A stretch of 64,000 nt of DNA from Vitiosangium sp. GDMCC 1.1324 (GCF_003044305.1 NZ_PZOX01000005.1:195493-259492), one strand, 5' to 3'. Counted from the stretch's first letter, positions 29,658 through 39,929 are shown. Program-made: numbers and translations. Notes: generated by a model from the letters alone, not told the origin.

Positions 29658-32600
29658 TTGTTCTTCCCGCCGATGCGAACCTCAGACTCCGACACGGCCC
29701 TGCCTGGCTTCGAGCGCAGTCTCGCCATCGTCATCGGTATCAACGCCTATTCCCACGGCATTCCCCCCCTCCACAACGCCGTGCGCGACGCCAACGCCGT
29801 CGCCGACTCCCTGGAGAGCCAGGGCTTCGAGGTGATCCGTCTCCTCGACTCCCAGGCAACCCTCTCATCCCTCTCCCTCCTGCTCTCCCATCACCTCCCC
29901 TCCCTTCCCTCGCCTGCCGATAGGATTCTCATCTACTTCGCCGGTCATGGCCTGGCCCATACCGACGAGCAGCACCAGTTCTCCGGGTTCCTGCTGCCCG
30001 CTGACGCTCGCCGCGACGACACCTCCTCCTACTGGCCCATGGCCGCCCTTCGCGACGCGCTGCGCCTGCTGCCCTGCCGCCACCTGCTGCTCATCCTCGA
30101 CTGCTGCTTCGCCGGGGCCTTCCCCCACTCCCCCTCGCGCGACATCCGCGCGCCCTCCCTCCCCGCGCCCCTCCACCTCGAGCGCTTCCGTCACTTCTCC
30201 TCCCGCCGCTCCTTCCAACTCCTTCTTTCCACCGCCCACGACGAGCTGGCCTCCGACAGGCTCCTGGCCAAATCCTCTCAGGAGTCCCTCGGCGACGGAC
30301 TCCACTCCCCCTTCGCCCTCGCGCTCCTCCAGGCCCTCCAACCCCATTCCCCCGCCGACTCCAATCAAGACGGCCTCCTCACCGCCGCCGAGCTCTACAC
30401 CTTCCTGCGCGACAGGCTCCTCTCCCTCGTCCCCTCCCACTGCCAGCAGACTCCCTCCCTCTGGCACCTGGACTGGCACGACGGAGGCGAGTTCCTCTTC
30501 CTCCTCTCCGACTCCCTCCCCTCCCTGCCTCCCGCCGCCCCGCTCTCCCAGCGCTCCAATCCCTACCTCGGCCTGCGCCCCTTCTCCTCCTCCCACCGCC
30601 ACCTCTTCTTCGGCCGAGAGCGCCTCGTCGACTCCCTCCTCGAGCGACTGAGGACCCAGCCCCTGCTGCTGCTGTGCGGCCCCTCCGGCGCGGGCAAGTC
30701 CAGCCTCGTCCATGCCGGCCTCCTTCCGAGCGTCTCCGAGGACCCCTCCTGGCGCGTCCCCCCATCCCTGCGCCCCTCGTCCCAGCCATTCCAGGCGCTG
30801 TCCTCCTGGCTCGCCTCGCTGGCTCCCAATACCGCGGCTCCCTCGGCCTCCGCCCTCGCCTCACGGCCCCGCGCCGCCGCCGACTTCCTCTCCTCCTTCC
30901 TCTCCCGCAACCCCGAGCGCGCTGTTCTCCTCGTCATCGACCCGCTCGAGGAGCTCGTCACCGCTTGCCTCGAGGACTCCGTGCGCCGCGCCTTCCTGCG
31001 CTCACTGTCCAGCCTCCTCCTGCTCTCGCACCCCCGGCTCCACCTGCTGCTGCTGCTGCGCTCGGACTTCGAGCCCCACTTCCTCTCCCTCCTCCAGGCC
31101 TCCGCCCTTCCCTCCGCACTCTGGCATGGCGCCCGTCTCAACCTCCCGCCCATGAACCGGGACGAGCTGCGCCGCTGCATCGAGAAGCCCGCGGAGTCCT
31201 GTGTCCTCTTCTTCTCCCCGGGCCTCGTCGAGCGCCTGTTGGATGACGTCGAGCAGATGCCCGGCGCCCTTCCCCTTCTCTCCGTAGCCCTCAGTGAGCT
31301 GTTCGGCGCCTACCTGGCCAGTGGCCGGGACGACCGCACCCTCTGCTTCGAGGACTACCACCACATTGGCGGTGGCATCGCGGGAGCGCTCCAGCGCCGG
31401 GCCGAGCTCGTCTTCTCCGGGCTGCCACCGCCCTCCACCGAAGGACAGCCCGCCCTGCCGCCTGTTCTCTCATCGGAGCTGCCCTCCTTCCAGCGCACCC
31501 TGCGCAACGTGCTGCTGCGCATGGTGTCTCCCGAAGGTGGCGAGCTGGCGCGCCGCAGGGTGCCGCGCGCCGAGCTGGAGTACCCCCACCACGAGGAGAA
31601 TTCCCGCGTCCTGCGTGTCCTGCGCACCCTGGAGGCCAGCCGTCTCGTGGTGGCCAGCGACGACGGAGGACCCTGTGTCGAGCCCGCTCACGATGCCTTG
31701 CTCTCCGCCTGGCCCAGGCTTCATGACTGGGCACGCCACGCTCAGCGCGAGCTACTCCTGCTGCGCCGTATCTCCCATGCCGCCTTCGAGTGGAACCGCC
31801 ACCATCGCGCAAGCGACTTCCTCTGGGCGGACGCGCGATTGGATCAGCTCGGTCTGGCGCTGACCTCCCCGCGCCGCACCGACGAGCCTCTCGCATTGCC
31901 CACCGTTTCACCTGGGGGCCAACCCACTGAGCCCTTGGCGCTCAACGCCGCGGAGAGTGGATTCCTCCGCGCCAGCGCGACACGCCGGCGCTTGCTGCGC
32001 ACCCGCCGCGGCGTGCTCGCTCTTACGTTGGCCATGATGCTCGTTGCGCTCACCGTGGCCGCCCTCTTCCAGGCCAACAAAGCTAACTTCAATGCCAGGG
32101 AAGCCCAGCGCCAGCAGCGCGCCGCCGAAGCCAGCGCGGAAGAGGCACGCAAGCAGAAGGAGGCCGCCGAGGCCAACGCCAGGGAGGCCCAGAAGCAGCA
32201 GCGCATCGCCGGCCTCAACGCCAAGGAAGCCCAGCGGCAGCAACAAGCAGCCGAGGCCAACCTCGAGGAGGCTCGAAAGCAACAAGAAGCCGCTGATGCC
32301 AACGCCCGAGAGGCGCTGCGACAGCAGAGGGTTGCCGAGGCCAATGCCACGGAGGCTCAGCGGCAAAAGCAGTTCGCCGACGCGAACGCCCAGGAAGCCC
32401 TGAAACAGAAGAATACCTCCGAGGCCAATGCCAGGGAGGCTCGCAAGCAACAGGAGGCCGCCGAAGCCAACTTCATGGAGGCTCAGCGGCAAAAGCAGTT
32501 TGCCGACGCGAACGCCCAGGAAGCCCTGAAACAGAAGAACACCTCCGAGACCAATGCCAGGGAGGCTCGCAAGCAACAGGAGGCCGCCGAAGCCAACTTC

Positions 32601-34835
32601 ATGGAGACTCAGCGGCAAAAGCAGCTCGCCGACGACAACGCCTTGGAAGCCCGCAAGCAGCAAGAATCCGCCGAGGCCAACTTCAGGGAGGCTCGCAAAC
32701 AACAGGAGGCCGCCGACGCGAGCGCCAGTGAGGCCCAGCGACAAAAAGAAGCCGCTGAGCTCAACCTCCAGGAGGCGCGAAGACAACAGCAGATCGCTGA
32801 CACCAATGCCAGGGAGACCTTGGAGCAAAAGAATGCCGCTGAAGCCAATGCCAAGGAAGCGCGCAAGCAACAAGAAGCAGCCATCGCCAGTGCCAGGGAA
32901 GCTCAGAAACAAAAGGACCTGGTCCTGGCCAGCGCGCGGGTCAAACAAGTAGACATGCTCATTGAGGAGGATCCCACCAAGGCACTTCTGGTGCTCCTCG
33001 AGGCAAGCCCTCAGATCGAATCCTGGGGCAACCCATGGCACCAGGTTGCCCTGGCTCTCAGTCAACACGCCATCAGCAGCGCCATCCTGTCCGGGCACAA
33101 GGACACTGTATTCACAGCGCTCTTCAGTTCCGACGGCTCCCGCGTCCTCACTGCCTCCGCGGATGGCACCGCTCGCATCTGGCGTACCGACGGCACCGGG
33201 GCGCCTCTCATCCTCTCGGGCCATTCCGGAAATGTGACCTCCGCCACCTTCAGCCCCGACGGCTCCCGCGTCCTCACTGCCTCTGAGGATAACACCGCTC
33301 GCATCTGGCGTACCAACGGCAAAGGGAAACCTGTCATCCTCTCGGGCCATACCGATACAGTGAATTCCGCCACCTTCAGCCCCGACGGTTCCCACGTCCT
33401 CACTGCCTCTGTGGATGGCACCGCTCGCATCTGGCACATAGACGGCAAGGGCGAGCCTCTCATCCTCTCGGGCCATAAAGATGCAGTCAGATTCGCCACC
33501 TTCAGCCCCGACGGCTCGCTCGTCCTCACTGCCTCTTGGGATGGCACCGCTCGCATCTGGCGCATCGACGCCCCGGAGGAACCCATCATCCTCTCAGGCC
33601 ATACCAATGCAATATACAACGCCACCTTCAGCCCCGACGCATCCCTCGTCCTCACCGCCTCTTTGGATGGTACTGCTCGCATCTGGCACACGGACGGCGC
33701 GAAGGCGCCCTGCATCTTCACAGGCCATCCCATCGACCTGACGTCCACCACCCTCAGCCCCGACGGCTCCCACATTGTCATTGCCAATGCGGATGGCACC
33801 GCTCACATCTGGCGCACCAATGGAACGGGGGAGCCTGTCCTTCTCTCAGGCCATACCAATGGGCTGAATTCCGCCACCTTCAGCCCCGACGGCGCCCTCG
33901 TCCTCACCGCCTCTTTGGATGGTACTGCTCGCATCTGGCGCACCGATGGTACGGGGGAGCCTATCCTCCTGTCGGGCCATACCGATGGACTGAATTCCGC
34001 CACCTTCAGCCCCGACGGCTCCCTCGTCGTCACTGCCTCTTGGGATGGCACAGCTCGCATCTGGCGCACCGACGGCAAGGGCGAGCCTCTCATCCTCTGG
34101 GGCCATACCGACAATGTGGCTTCCGCCGTCTTCAGCCCCGACGGATCCCTCGTCGTCACTGCCTCTTGGGATGGCACCGCTCGCATCTGGCGCACCGACG
34201 GCAAGGGTGAGCCCGTCAGCCTCTCAGGTCATTCCAATGCAGTGAATTCCGCCACCTTCAGCCCCGACGGATCTCGCGTCCTTACTGCCTCCGTGGATGG
34301 CACCGCTCGCATCTGGCGCACCGACGGCAAGGGCGAGCCTCTCATCCTCTCAAGCAGTGACGATGAAGTGAATTCCGCCACCTTCAGTCCCGATGGTTCC
34401 CGCGTGCTCACTGTCTCCGAGGATGGCACCGCCCGCCTCTGGCACACTGACAGCACGAAAGAACTCTTCATCCTAGCGGACCATGGCACGGCAGTGACTT
34501 CCGCCGCGTTCAGCCCCGACGGATCCAGCGTGCTCACAGTCTTTACGGATGGCACCGCTCGCATCTGGCGTGTGGATGAGCAGAGTCGTCCCCTCATTCT
34601 GCGGCAGCAAGGGCGTGCGTTGGTCCTTCCAGACGGCTCGGGCGTCGTGACCTTGAGCGAAAATGGGCTGGTTTACATCTGGCCTATAGAGCCCCACACG
34701 CTGATCACCTCTTTTTTGAATGCCACGACGGCGTGCCTCTCCATTAACGAACGCGTGAACTACCTCTTCGAGTCTCCGGATGAGGCACACAAAGGCCATG
34801 AACGTTGCGAGCGCTTCCATGGCCGGCGTCCCTGA
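29658..34835 (+). CDS. Giant caspase-like (peptidase C14) - STAND P-loop NTPase - coiled-coil - WD40 (about 14 blades/repeats) protein.
   Basis: The caspase region reads SLAIVIGINAYSHG...ILIYFAGHGLAH...LLLILDCCFAGAF (His/Cys dyad). The NTPase region has GRERLVDSLLERL...LLLCGPSGAGKSSLVHAGL (Walker A). The coiled-coil section is built from EANAREA(Q/R)KQQ(E/R)AAEAN heptad/11-mer repeats. The WD40 units are (L/V)TAS.DGTARIWRTDG.GEP.ILSGH...V.SATFSPDGS. Confidence 0.75.
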   Translation: MFFPPMRTSDSDTALPGFERSLAIVIGINAYSHGIPPLHNAVRDANAVADSLESQGFEVIRLLDSQATLSSLSLLLSHHLPSLPSPADRILIYFAGHGLAHTDEQHQFSGFLLPADARRDDTSSYWPMAALRDALRLLPCRHLLLILDCCFAGAFPHSPSRDIRAPSLPAPLHLERFRHFSSRRSFQLLLSTAHDELASDRLLAKSSQESLGDGLHSPFALALLQALQPHSPADSNQDGLLTAAELYTFLRDRLLSLVPSHCQQTPSLWHLDWHDGGEFLFLLSDSLPSLPPAAPLSQRSNPYLGLRPFSSSHRHLFFGRERLVDSLLERLRTQPLLLLCGPSGAGKSSLVHAGLLPSVSEDPSWRVPPSLRPSSQPFQALSSWLASLAPNTAAPSASALASRPRAAADFLSSFLSRNPERAVLLVIDPLEELVTACLEDSVRRAFLRSLSSLLLLSHPRLHLLLLLRSDFEPHFLSLLQASALPSALWHGARLNLPPMNRDELRRCIEKPAESCVLFFSPGLVERLLDDVEQMPGALPLLSVALSELFGAYLASGRDDRTLCFEDYHHIGGGIAGALQRRAELVFSGLPPPSTEGQPALPPVLSSELPSFQRTLRNVLLRMVSPEGGELARRRVPRAELEYPHHEENSRVLRVLRTLEASRLVVASDDGGPCVEPAHDALLSAWPRLHDWARHAQRELLLLRRISHAAFEWNRHHRASDFLWADARLDQLGLALTSPRRTDEPLALPTVSPGGQPTEPLALNAAESGFLRASATRRRLLRTRRGVLALTLAMMLVALTVAALFQANKANFNAREAQRQQRAAEASAEEARKQKEAAEANAREAQKQQRIAGLNAKEAQRQQQAAEANLEEARKQQEAADANAREALRQQRVAEANATEAQRQKQFADANAQEALKQKNTSEANAREARKQQEAAEANFMEAQRQKQFADANAQEALKQKNTSETNAREARKQQEAAEANFMETQRQKQLADDNALEARKQQESAEANFREARKQQEAADASASEAQRQKEAAELNLQEARRQQQIADTNARETLEQKNAAEANAKEARKQQEAAIASAREAQKQKDLVLASARVKQVDMLIEEDPTKALLVLLEASPQIESWGNPWHQVALALSQHAISSAILSGHKDTVFTALFSSDGSRVLTASADGTARIWRTDGTGAPLILSGHSGNVTSATFSPDGSRVLTASEDNTARIWRTNGKGKPVILSGHTDTVNSATFSPDGSHVLTASVDGTARIWHIDGKGEPLILSGHKDAVRFATFSPDGSLVLTASWDGTARIWRIDAPEEPIILSGHTNAIYNATFSPDASLVLTASLDGTARIWHTDGAKAPCIFTGHPIDLTSTTLSPDGSHIVIANADGTAHIWRTNGTGEPVLLSGHTNGLNSATFSPDGALVLTASLDGTARIWRTDGTGEPILLSGHTDGLNSATFSPDGSLVVTASWDGTARIWRTDGKGEPLILWGHTDNVASAVFSPDGSLVVTASWDGTARIWRTDGKGEPVSLSGHSNAVNSATFSPDGSRVLTASVDGTARIWRTDGKGEPLILSSSDDEVNSATFSPDGSRVLTVSEDGTARLWHTDSTKELFILADHGTAVTSAAFSPDGSSVLTVFTDGTARIWRVDEQSRPLILRQQGRALVLPDGSGVVTLSENGLVYIWPIEPHTLITSFLNATTACLSINERVNYLFESPDEAHKGHERCERFHGRRP
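33060..34600 (+). repeat. Tandem ~126-bp DNA repeats encoding WD40 blades, preceded by an 11-codon coiled-coil repeat tract (32090-32900).
   Basis: Recurrent CACCTTCAGCCCCGACGG...CGCTCGCATCTGGCGCACCGACGGCAAGGGCGAGCCTCTCATCCTCTC blocks are visible directly in the sequence. Confidence 0.7.
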
Positions 34836-34949
34836 TCTCCTCTCAAGCAGATGGAACAACAGCGTCCGTTCATAGCCTTCGTTGAGCTGTGAGCCTGCCC
34901 CGGTTTTGTGGACACACCTCATAAGTCGGCTACACGGGAGGTAGTGTTC

Positions 34950-35480
34950 ATGGAGCGAAGGAAGAGGCGGAGTTTCACCCTGGAGTTCAGGGCCGATGCG
35001 GTCCGGCTGGTGCGTGAGGGCGGCAAGAGCTTGCCTCAGGTGGCAAAGGACCTGGACCTGACCGAGTCGGCCCTGCGCAACTGGGTACGCGAGACCGACG
35101 GCGACAAGGGCAAGGAGCCGGCAGGCGCGCTCTCCACGGCCGAGCGGGAGGAGTTGGTCAGGCTGCGCAAGGAAGTGCGCCATCTGGAGATGGAGCGTGA
35201 CTTCTTAAAAAAGCGGCGGCCTTCTTCGCGAAGGAGACCTCGAAGTGAAATTCGAGTTCATCGAGGCGGAGAAGGCTCATTTTCCCGTGGATTTCATGTG
35301 CCAGCAGTTGGGCGTCTCGCGCTCGGGCTACTATGCTTCACCAGAATCGGTGCTCGACATGCCCGGAATGCCTGCTCGGCTTCCCCGGAACGGCTGCTCA
35401 CCTTCCTCCGGAATCGCTGCTCGGCTTGGCCCGGAATCGGTGCTCGGCATGCCCCGGAACACGCACGCCTGAGCCGGGCC
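34950..35480 (+). mobile_element. Truncated IS3-family element. OrfA (HTH transposase subunit) is intact. The OrfB N-terminus is present after an A6G slippery site and then degenerates into short tandem repeats.
   Basis: OrfA reads MERRKRRSFTLEFRADAVRLVREGGKSLPQVAKDLDLTESALRNWV (IS3 OrfA HTH). The frameshift motif TTAAAAAAG lies at ~35207-35215. The OrfB start reads VKFEFIEAEKAHFPVDFMCQQLGVSRSGYYA and is then lost. It is followed by about 4 copies of a CCGGAATCG(G/C)TGCTCGGC-like 17-18-bp repeat (35330-35470). Confidence 0.55.
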
Positions 35481-36521
35481 GTCGGAGCGGCACTCCCTGC
35501 CGTGCGGGCCCCGCCCTCCTGGGCTTGCGCACTACCTCACCCGTCATGGCTTGACCCGAACCTGCTGGGTGATGGGCCACTCCACGCCCCTACGGTTCCT
35601 CCCATCATCCAGTCGGTCCGATTTCGGGCCGATCTCTCCCATCTACGCTGCGCGGTAACACCCATGCACGGCAGATAGGCGGAGTGCCAGAGTGCTTGGC
35701 GCCGTGCAGCAACCGTCCGAAGTGCCGACGCCTCGGAACGGCGCGGTTGCTCGGGCAGAGGGCCCTGAGGATGCATAGGCCGCGAAGTGGGCAAGGCGGG
35801 CAGACCCCGGGGGCTGTAGCTGCGTCCGCCGTGTGCCGTGCCGGTCAGCTGACGCGGTGCGAACGGGGGGCCTCGGACTGCTTCGAGGTGGCGCATGCAG
35901 TGGCGCCCCCTCCTGCGGCTGTTGTTGCTGCGTCGTGCGGCTGCGGATACGCGGCGGCCGTGGAGCCCTTGTCCGAGCGCACTTCCTGACGTGGCGGCTA
36001 CACCACGACTCGCCGATGGGCGCGCGAAACGTCCTCCTCCCCGTTTTCCGCGAAGCGTCGCGCCAGCTCGGCCGCACCTTTCGCGCCGCGCTTCGACACG
36101 TACTCCAGCTCGGCGGGTAGCAGGGCCTTGATGGCGGCGAGCCGCACATCGCCAAATGGCGTGGGGAACTGCCTCGGCCGGGTGCGCGACTCCACGCCAA
36201 GCAGCACGCCCACCCGGCCCTCCGGGATAACGAGGGACTCCGGAATGCCGTTCCCCTCCACCTCCAGCGCGAGGACGCCCGCCTTCGCTCCCTCGCGCAC
36301 ATGCTCGTGGACCACCACCTCCCTGGAGACCCGCTTCAGCAGCAGGTAGGGCCAGCTTCGCCCGATGACGTCAAGGGGGAAGCTCCGTCCCCTGCGTCTC
36401 CAAAGCGAGCTCCAGGCCAGAGCCCACCGAGGGCTCCAGACGGGCAAAGAGGGGGTCCGAGGGCAACACATGACCAGGTGGCGTGTGTGGTTGGACTCAC
36501 CAGCCCTAGGAATCAGGTTGG

Positions 36522-37924
36522 GTGTGCCCCGCTATCGCAGCTATCCGGATTTGTCGGAGGTGCCCGGTAGAGTGGGAGCACCTAACGGAGGCGCCGATGA
36601 CTCCCACGCTGCTGGTGTTGCTGCTGCTCACCCAAGCGGAAGCGCCTGACAACCCTCCGGCAGGGGCCCTGGAGCCTCCGGAGTCGGCTTCGCTGGCTGA
36701 AACGTGGCGCTACCTCGCGCGCGTGGATGCCTCGGGACTGGCGCTGCTGTCGCGGGCTGGAGTGGGCACCGAGGAGGGCTTCGTCCAGGTGGAGCCCACG
36801 CTGATTCTCGACGGGGGCGAGGAACTGGGCGTCAACCTGGGTGCTCCCGTGCGACTGCGCCTGGGGCGCGGCGGTGAGGGCGCGGGCCTCGTTCGCCGCG
36901 AGGACTGGGACAGCCTCTCGGATTGGGGGCAGCTCGTGCGCGGCCTCAAGCTGGGCTCGGACAGCGCGCCCGTGGCGCTATGGGTGGGCGGACTCGAGTC
37001 CTACAGCCTCCTCTCGGGGCACCTCATCCGCCGCTACTCCAACCGCACCAACCCGGACTACCACCCGGCGGGCGCATTCCTCACCGGCACGCTGGGCCCG
37101 GTGTACTCCGAGGCCTTCGCCTCCGACGTGCTGGGCGCGCGCCTCATGGGCGCGGAGGTGGCGCTCGACGTGCAGCACCTCCTCTTCGGCCAGCCCAAGG
37201 AGCGCGGACGCTACACGCTCGCGGTGTCGGCCGTGCATGACTGGGGCAGGGCCGAGGGGCGGACTTCCCCGGTGACGCTGGCACACGTGAACGGGACGGC
37301 AGTGGTGGTGGTGCGCCCGGGCTTCGAGGCGCACGTGCTCGCCGGCTGGGGGGACGGCCGGGCGTGGGTGGCGCGTGGGGCACAGTGGTGGGAGCGGGCG
37401 CGGATGCAGTGACGCCCACGCTGGACATGACGCTGCGGCTGGAAGTGCGCAGGCAGCACGGCGGCTTCCGCCAGGGCTATGTCGGCCCGGACTACGAGCT
37501 GGCGCGCTTCCGGGCCGCGGGCCCCGAGGGCGTGCCGCTGGCCGAGGCGCGCTTCCCGGACGGCTTCTCCGCCTACGGCGAGGCGGTAGTGGGCTGGGAT
37601 GCCGTGCGCTACGGCGGGCTGTGGAAGCAGTTGCAGCTTTCGCTCGCCGCCGAGACCTTCACCTGGGGCCGCTTCGACGTGGACGGGCGCGTGGCGGTGC
37701 AGCTCTTCGACCGCAACCTCGAGGTGGCGGTAAAAGGGCTGGCGGTGGGCCTGGGGCAACCCGGGGCACGCTACCTGGGCGACGCCGAGGTGCGCTGGCG
37801 CCTCTTCGGCGGGCGCCTATATGCGCTGGGCACGGGCGGCACGCTGCTGTTTCCGGAAGGGATGGGCACGCTGCGGCCGGGGGCCTTCGCCTCCGTGGGC
37901 CTGGGGGTGGACAATGCGCGCTGA
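36522..37924 (+). pseudogene. Secreted hypothetical protein split into two overlapping frames (36522..37412 and 37364..37924). The probable frameshift lies near a G6 homopolymer, so this is either a genuine pseudogene or a homopolymer sequencing error.
   Basis: The signal peptide is MTPTLLVLLLLTQAEAPD. Both frames show coding-like GC3 bias and overlap at 37364-37412. The G6 run CTGGGGGGAC lies at ~37346-37355. Confidence 0.4.
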
Positions 37925-39455
37925 CTCGCACCGCGCCTCGTGGGCAGGCCTGCTGCTCGCCCTGGCGCTGCTGTCCACCGGCTGTGCCTCGCTGACGCAA
38001 CCTTCCGTCGAGAGGACGAGCTTGCGCTACGCACCGCGCGAGGCCGCAGGGCCCACCTCAGTCCAGGAGCAAGACGGCGATTCGCCACGCACCTCCGGCT
38101 CCATACTGCCCTCCCCTTCCGTGTCCACTGCACCCGAGCGGCTGCACCGGCGCCGGGCCCCTCGCGTGGAAGTGACGGCGGTGGGCCCGGACAGCGCGGA
38201 GAGGAAGGCGAGGCAGGAGGCCCTCGCGGCCCAACTGGCGTTTCGAGGGGCCCTGCGCGAGGTGTCCGGCTCCACCCACCGCGCCTCCGCCGAGCTCGCC
38301 CGGCTCAAGGCCAGTGGGAGAGGACTCTCGGGCATGCATGCCGAGCTCTTCGTGCGCTTCATCGACTTCGGCACCGAGCAGGGGCGGTGGATGGACGCCC
38401 AGCTCGCCGCCGCCACCCGCCTGGCCGACGCCGCCTCGGAGGTGGACGACCCGGACATGCAGATCGCCCTGCTGAGCATGGCGGGCCCCCGGCTGGAGGC
38501 CGCCATGCTCGGCTCGCTCCTGCTCGCCGCCTGGCTCGACTGCCTGCACCTCGTGGATGCCCTGCTCGACCAGTCCCTCCACAGCGTGGAGAGGATGCGC
38601 CGCGACCTGATGGACTGGCAGGGAATGCTCGAGCCCTCCCTGCGGGCGCTCTCCTCTCTGGAGCCGGACCAGGTGGAGGCCGCGGCGCAAGACGCCCCCG
38701 CCCTGGTGGGCCACCTCTCGGACGCGCTCGCCGCCACAGTTACCAATGTGCGCAAGGGGGTGGAGCTCACCGGGAAGGTGCTGGTGCTCAGAGACATCCT
38801 CCTGTCGCTTCCCCTGGCGCTGGAAGCGCCCCTGCTGGCGTCCGAGGCACCGTCAGCCCCGGCGCTGCTCGGCGCGGGCCTGACGGTGGGTGGCGGCGGA
38901 GTGACGATGGGCACGCGCCTTGTCGTCTCCGCCGAATGGGTGGAGATGATGCGGCAGTTGGTACGCGCGGGTGTCCTCTCGCTGCCCGCCGTCGGTGCCG
39001 CCGTTCGGATTCACGCGGGCGGGGTGATGCTGGCGCAGGCGCATGACGAGTTGCCGCAAGGCGTACGCGAGGCGCTCGGGGACGGGCCCGAGGTGCGGGC
39101 CATGCGCGTGACGGGCAAGACGGGGGCAGGCATGGCCGAGCCGCCGCGGCACCACGTCATGCCCGAGGAGTTCCGCGAGTGGTTCGAGAAGCGCGGCTTG
39201 ACAGGCGAGATGGATATCAACGGGTTCTGCGTCGAGCTGGAGCTGGCACACCACCAAGCCATTCACGGTGGTGGAAACTGGAAGCTGGGGCGCAAATGGA
39301 GCGGTGAATGGAACCGGATGATTATGAAGGTGCTACTCGACGCCGAGAGCAAGGCCGGTCGGATGTTGACGCGCAACACGATCCTGGAGATCGTCGCGAG
39401 TTATATGACGTTGTACGACATCCCGATGAACTTCGTCCGCTGTCGTGGGAGATGA
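37914..39455 (+). CDS. Lipoprotein with a conserved C-terminal toxin-like module; a SitA-like polymorphic lipoprotein toxin candidate.
   Basis: The lipobox is MRADSHRASWAGLLLALALLSTGCASL. The C-terminal ~110 aa read HHVMPEEFREWFEKRG...ELAHHQAIHGGGNWKLGRKWSGEWNRM, a His-rich nuclease-like module. A small cytoplasmic ORF follows with a 3-nt gap. Confidence 0.45.
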   Translation: MRADSHRASWAGLLLALALLSTGCASLTQPSVERTSLRYAPREAAGPTSVQEQDGDSPRTSGSILPSPSVSTAPERLHRRRAPRVEVTAVGPDSAERKARQEALAAQLAFRGALREVSGSTHRASAELARLKASGRGLSGMHAELFVRFIDFGTEQGRWMDAQLAAATRLADAASEVDDPDMQIALLSMAGPRLEAAMLGSLLLAAWLDCLHLVDALLDQSLHSVERMRRDLMDWQGMLEPSLRALSSLEPDQVEAAAQDAPALVGHLSDALAATVTNVRKGVELTGKVLVLRDILLSLPLALEAPLLASEAPSAPALLGAGLTVGGGGVTMGTRLVVSAEWVEMMRQLVRAGVLSLPAVGAAVRIHAGGVMLAQAHDELPQGVREALGDGPEVRAMRVTGKTGAGMAEPPRHHVMPEEFREWFEKRGLTGEMDINGFCVELELAHHQAIHGGGNWKLGRKWSGEWNRMIMKVLLDAESKAGRMLTRNTILEIVASYMTLYDIPMNFVRCRGR

Positions 39456-39458
39456 GCA

Positions 39459-39929
39459 ATGACCGACGGACGTTCCTGGGAGGGTAACTGGAAGGTGCGC
39501 CTGTACGAGCGGGTCCGCGAGCGGGGCTACGATTCACTCACCGCCTTCGCCGAGGCGCGCCCGACCGCTTCGCTGGTGGCGCTGGCCGAGGAGCTTGGTC
39601 CGGACGACATCGCGGGAGTGCAGGTGTTCAGTGGACTGCTGGCCGAAGCGGAGCGGAAGAATCAGGTCACGCGGCTAGTGCGCGGTCAGCTCGTTCGCGA
39701 GCTGGCCGAAGCACTCCCCAACGGCTGGCCGCCCGTGCTGGACGACGCAAACCGCCTAAAGGTTGCCGTCGCACTCGCCCGTTGGGGAACCTTCACCCCA
39801 GAAACTCATGAGCAGCGCGTCGACAAAGCCGGCGATTCACTCCTCGCCAAGCCACCGCCCGCCGGTTGGCGCCCGCTCGGCCCCGACGACGAGTTGCTGC
39901 TAACGCTTCTGCCCGACAAAGAAGCCTGA
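39459..39929 (+). CDS. Small cytoplasmic protein, an immunity-protein candidate for the upstream lipoprotein toxin.
   Basis: The 156-aa ORF starts 3 nt after the stop of the 37914 gene. It has no signal peptide and shows tight coupling typical of toxin/immunity pairs. Confidence 0.4.
   Translation: MTDGRSWEGNWKVRLYERVRERGYDSLTAFAEARPTASLVALAEELGPDDIAGVQVFSGLLAEAERKNQVTRLVRGQLVRELAEALPNGWPPVLDDANRLKVAVALARWGTFTPETHEQRVDKAGDSLLAKPPPAGWRPLGPDDELLLTLLPDKEA

Noticed and set aside
35330-35470. Short tandem repeats (CCGGAATCGGTGCTCGGC-like) as a possible CRISPR array.
   Set aside because: The units are 17-18 bp with 4-8-bp spacers and only about 4 copies. This is a microsatellite-like tract inside an IS3 remnant, not a CRISPR.
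35998-36471. 157-aa minus-strand ORF beside the IS3 remnant.
   Set aside because: The C-terminal part looks protein-like, but I could not assign a family (a loose PemK/MazF-like impression did not hold) and the start is unclear. It is left uncalled.
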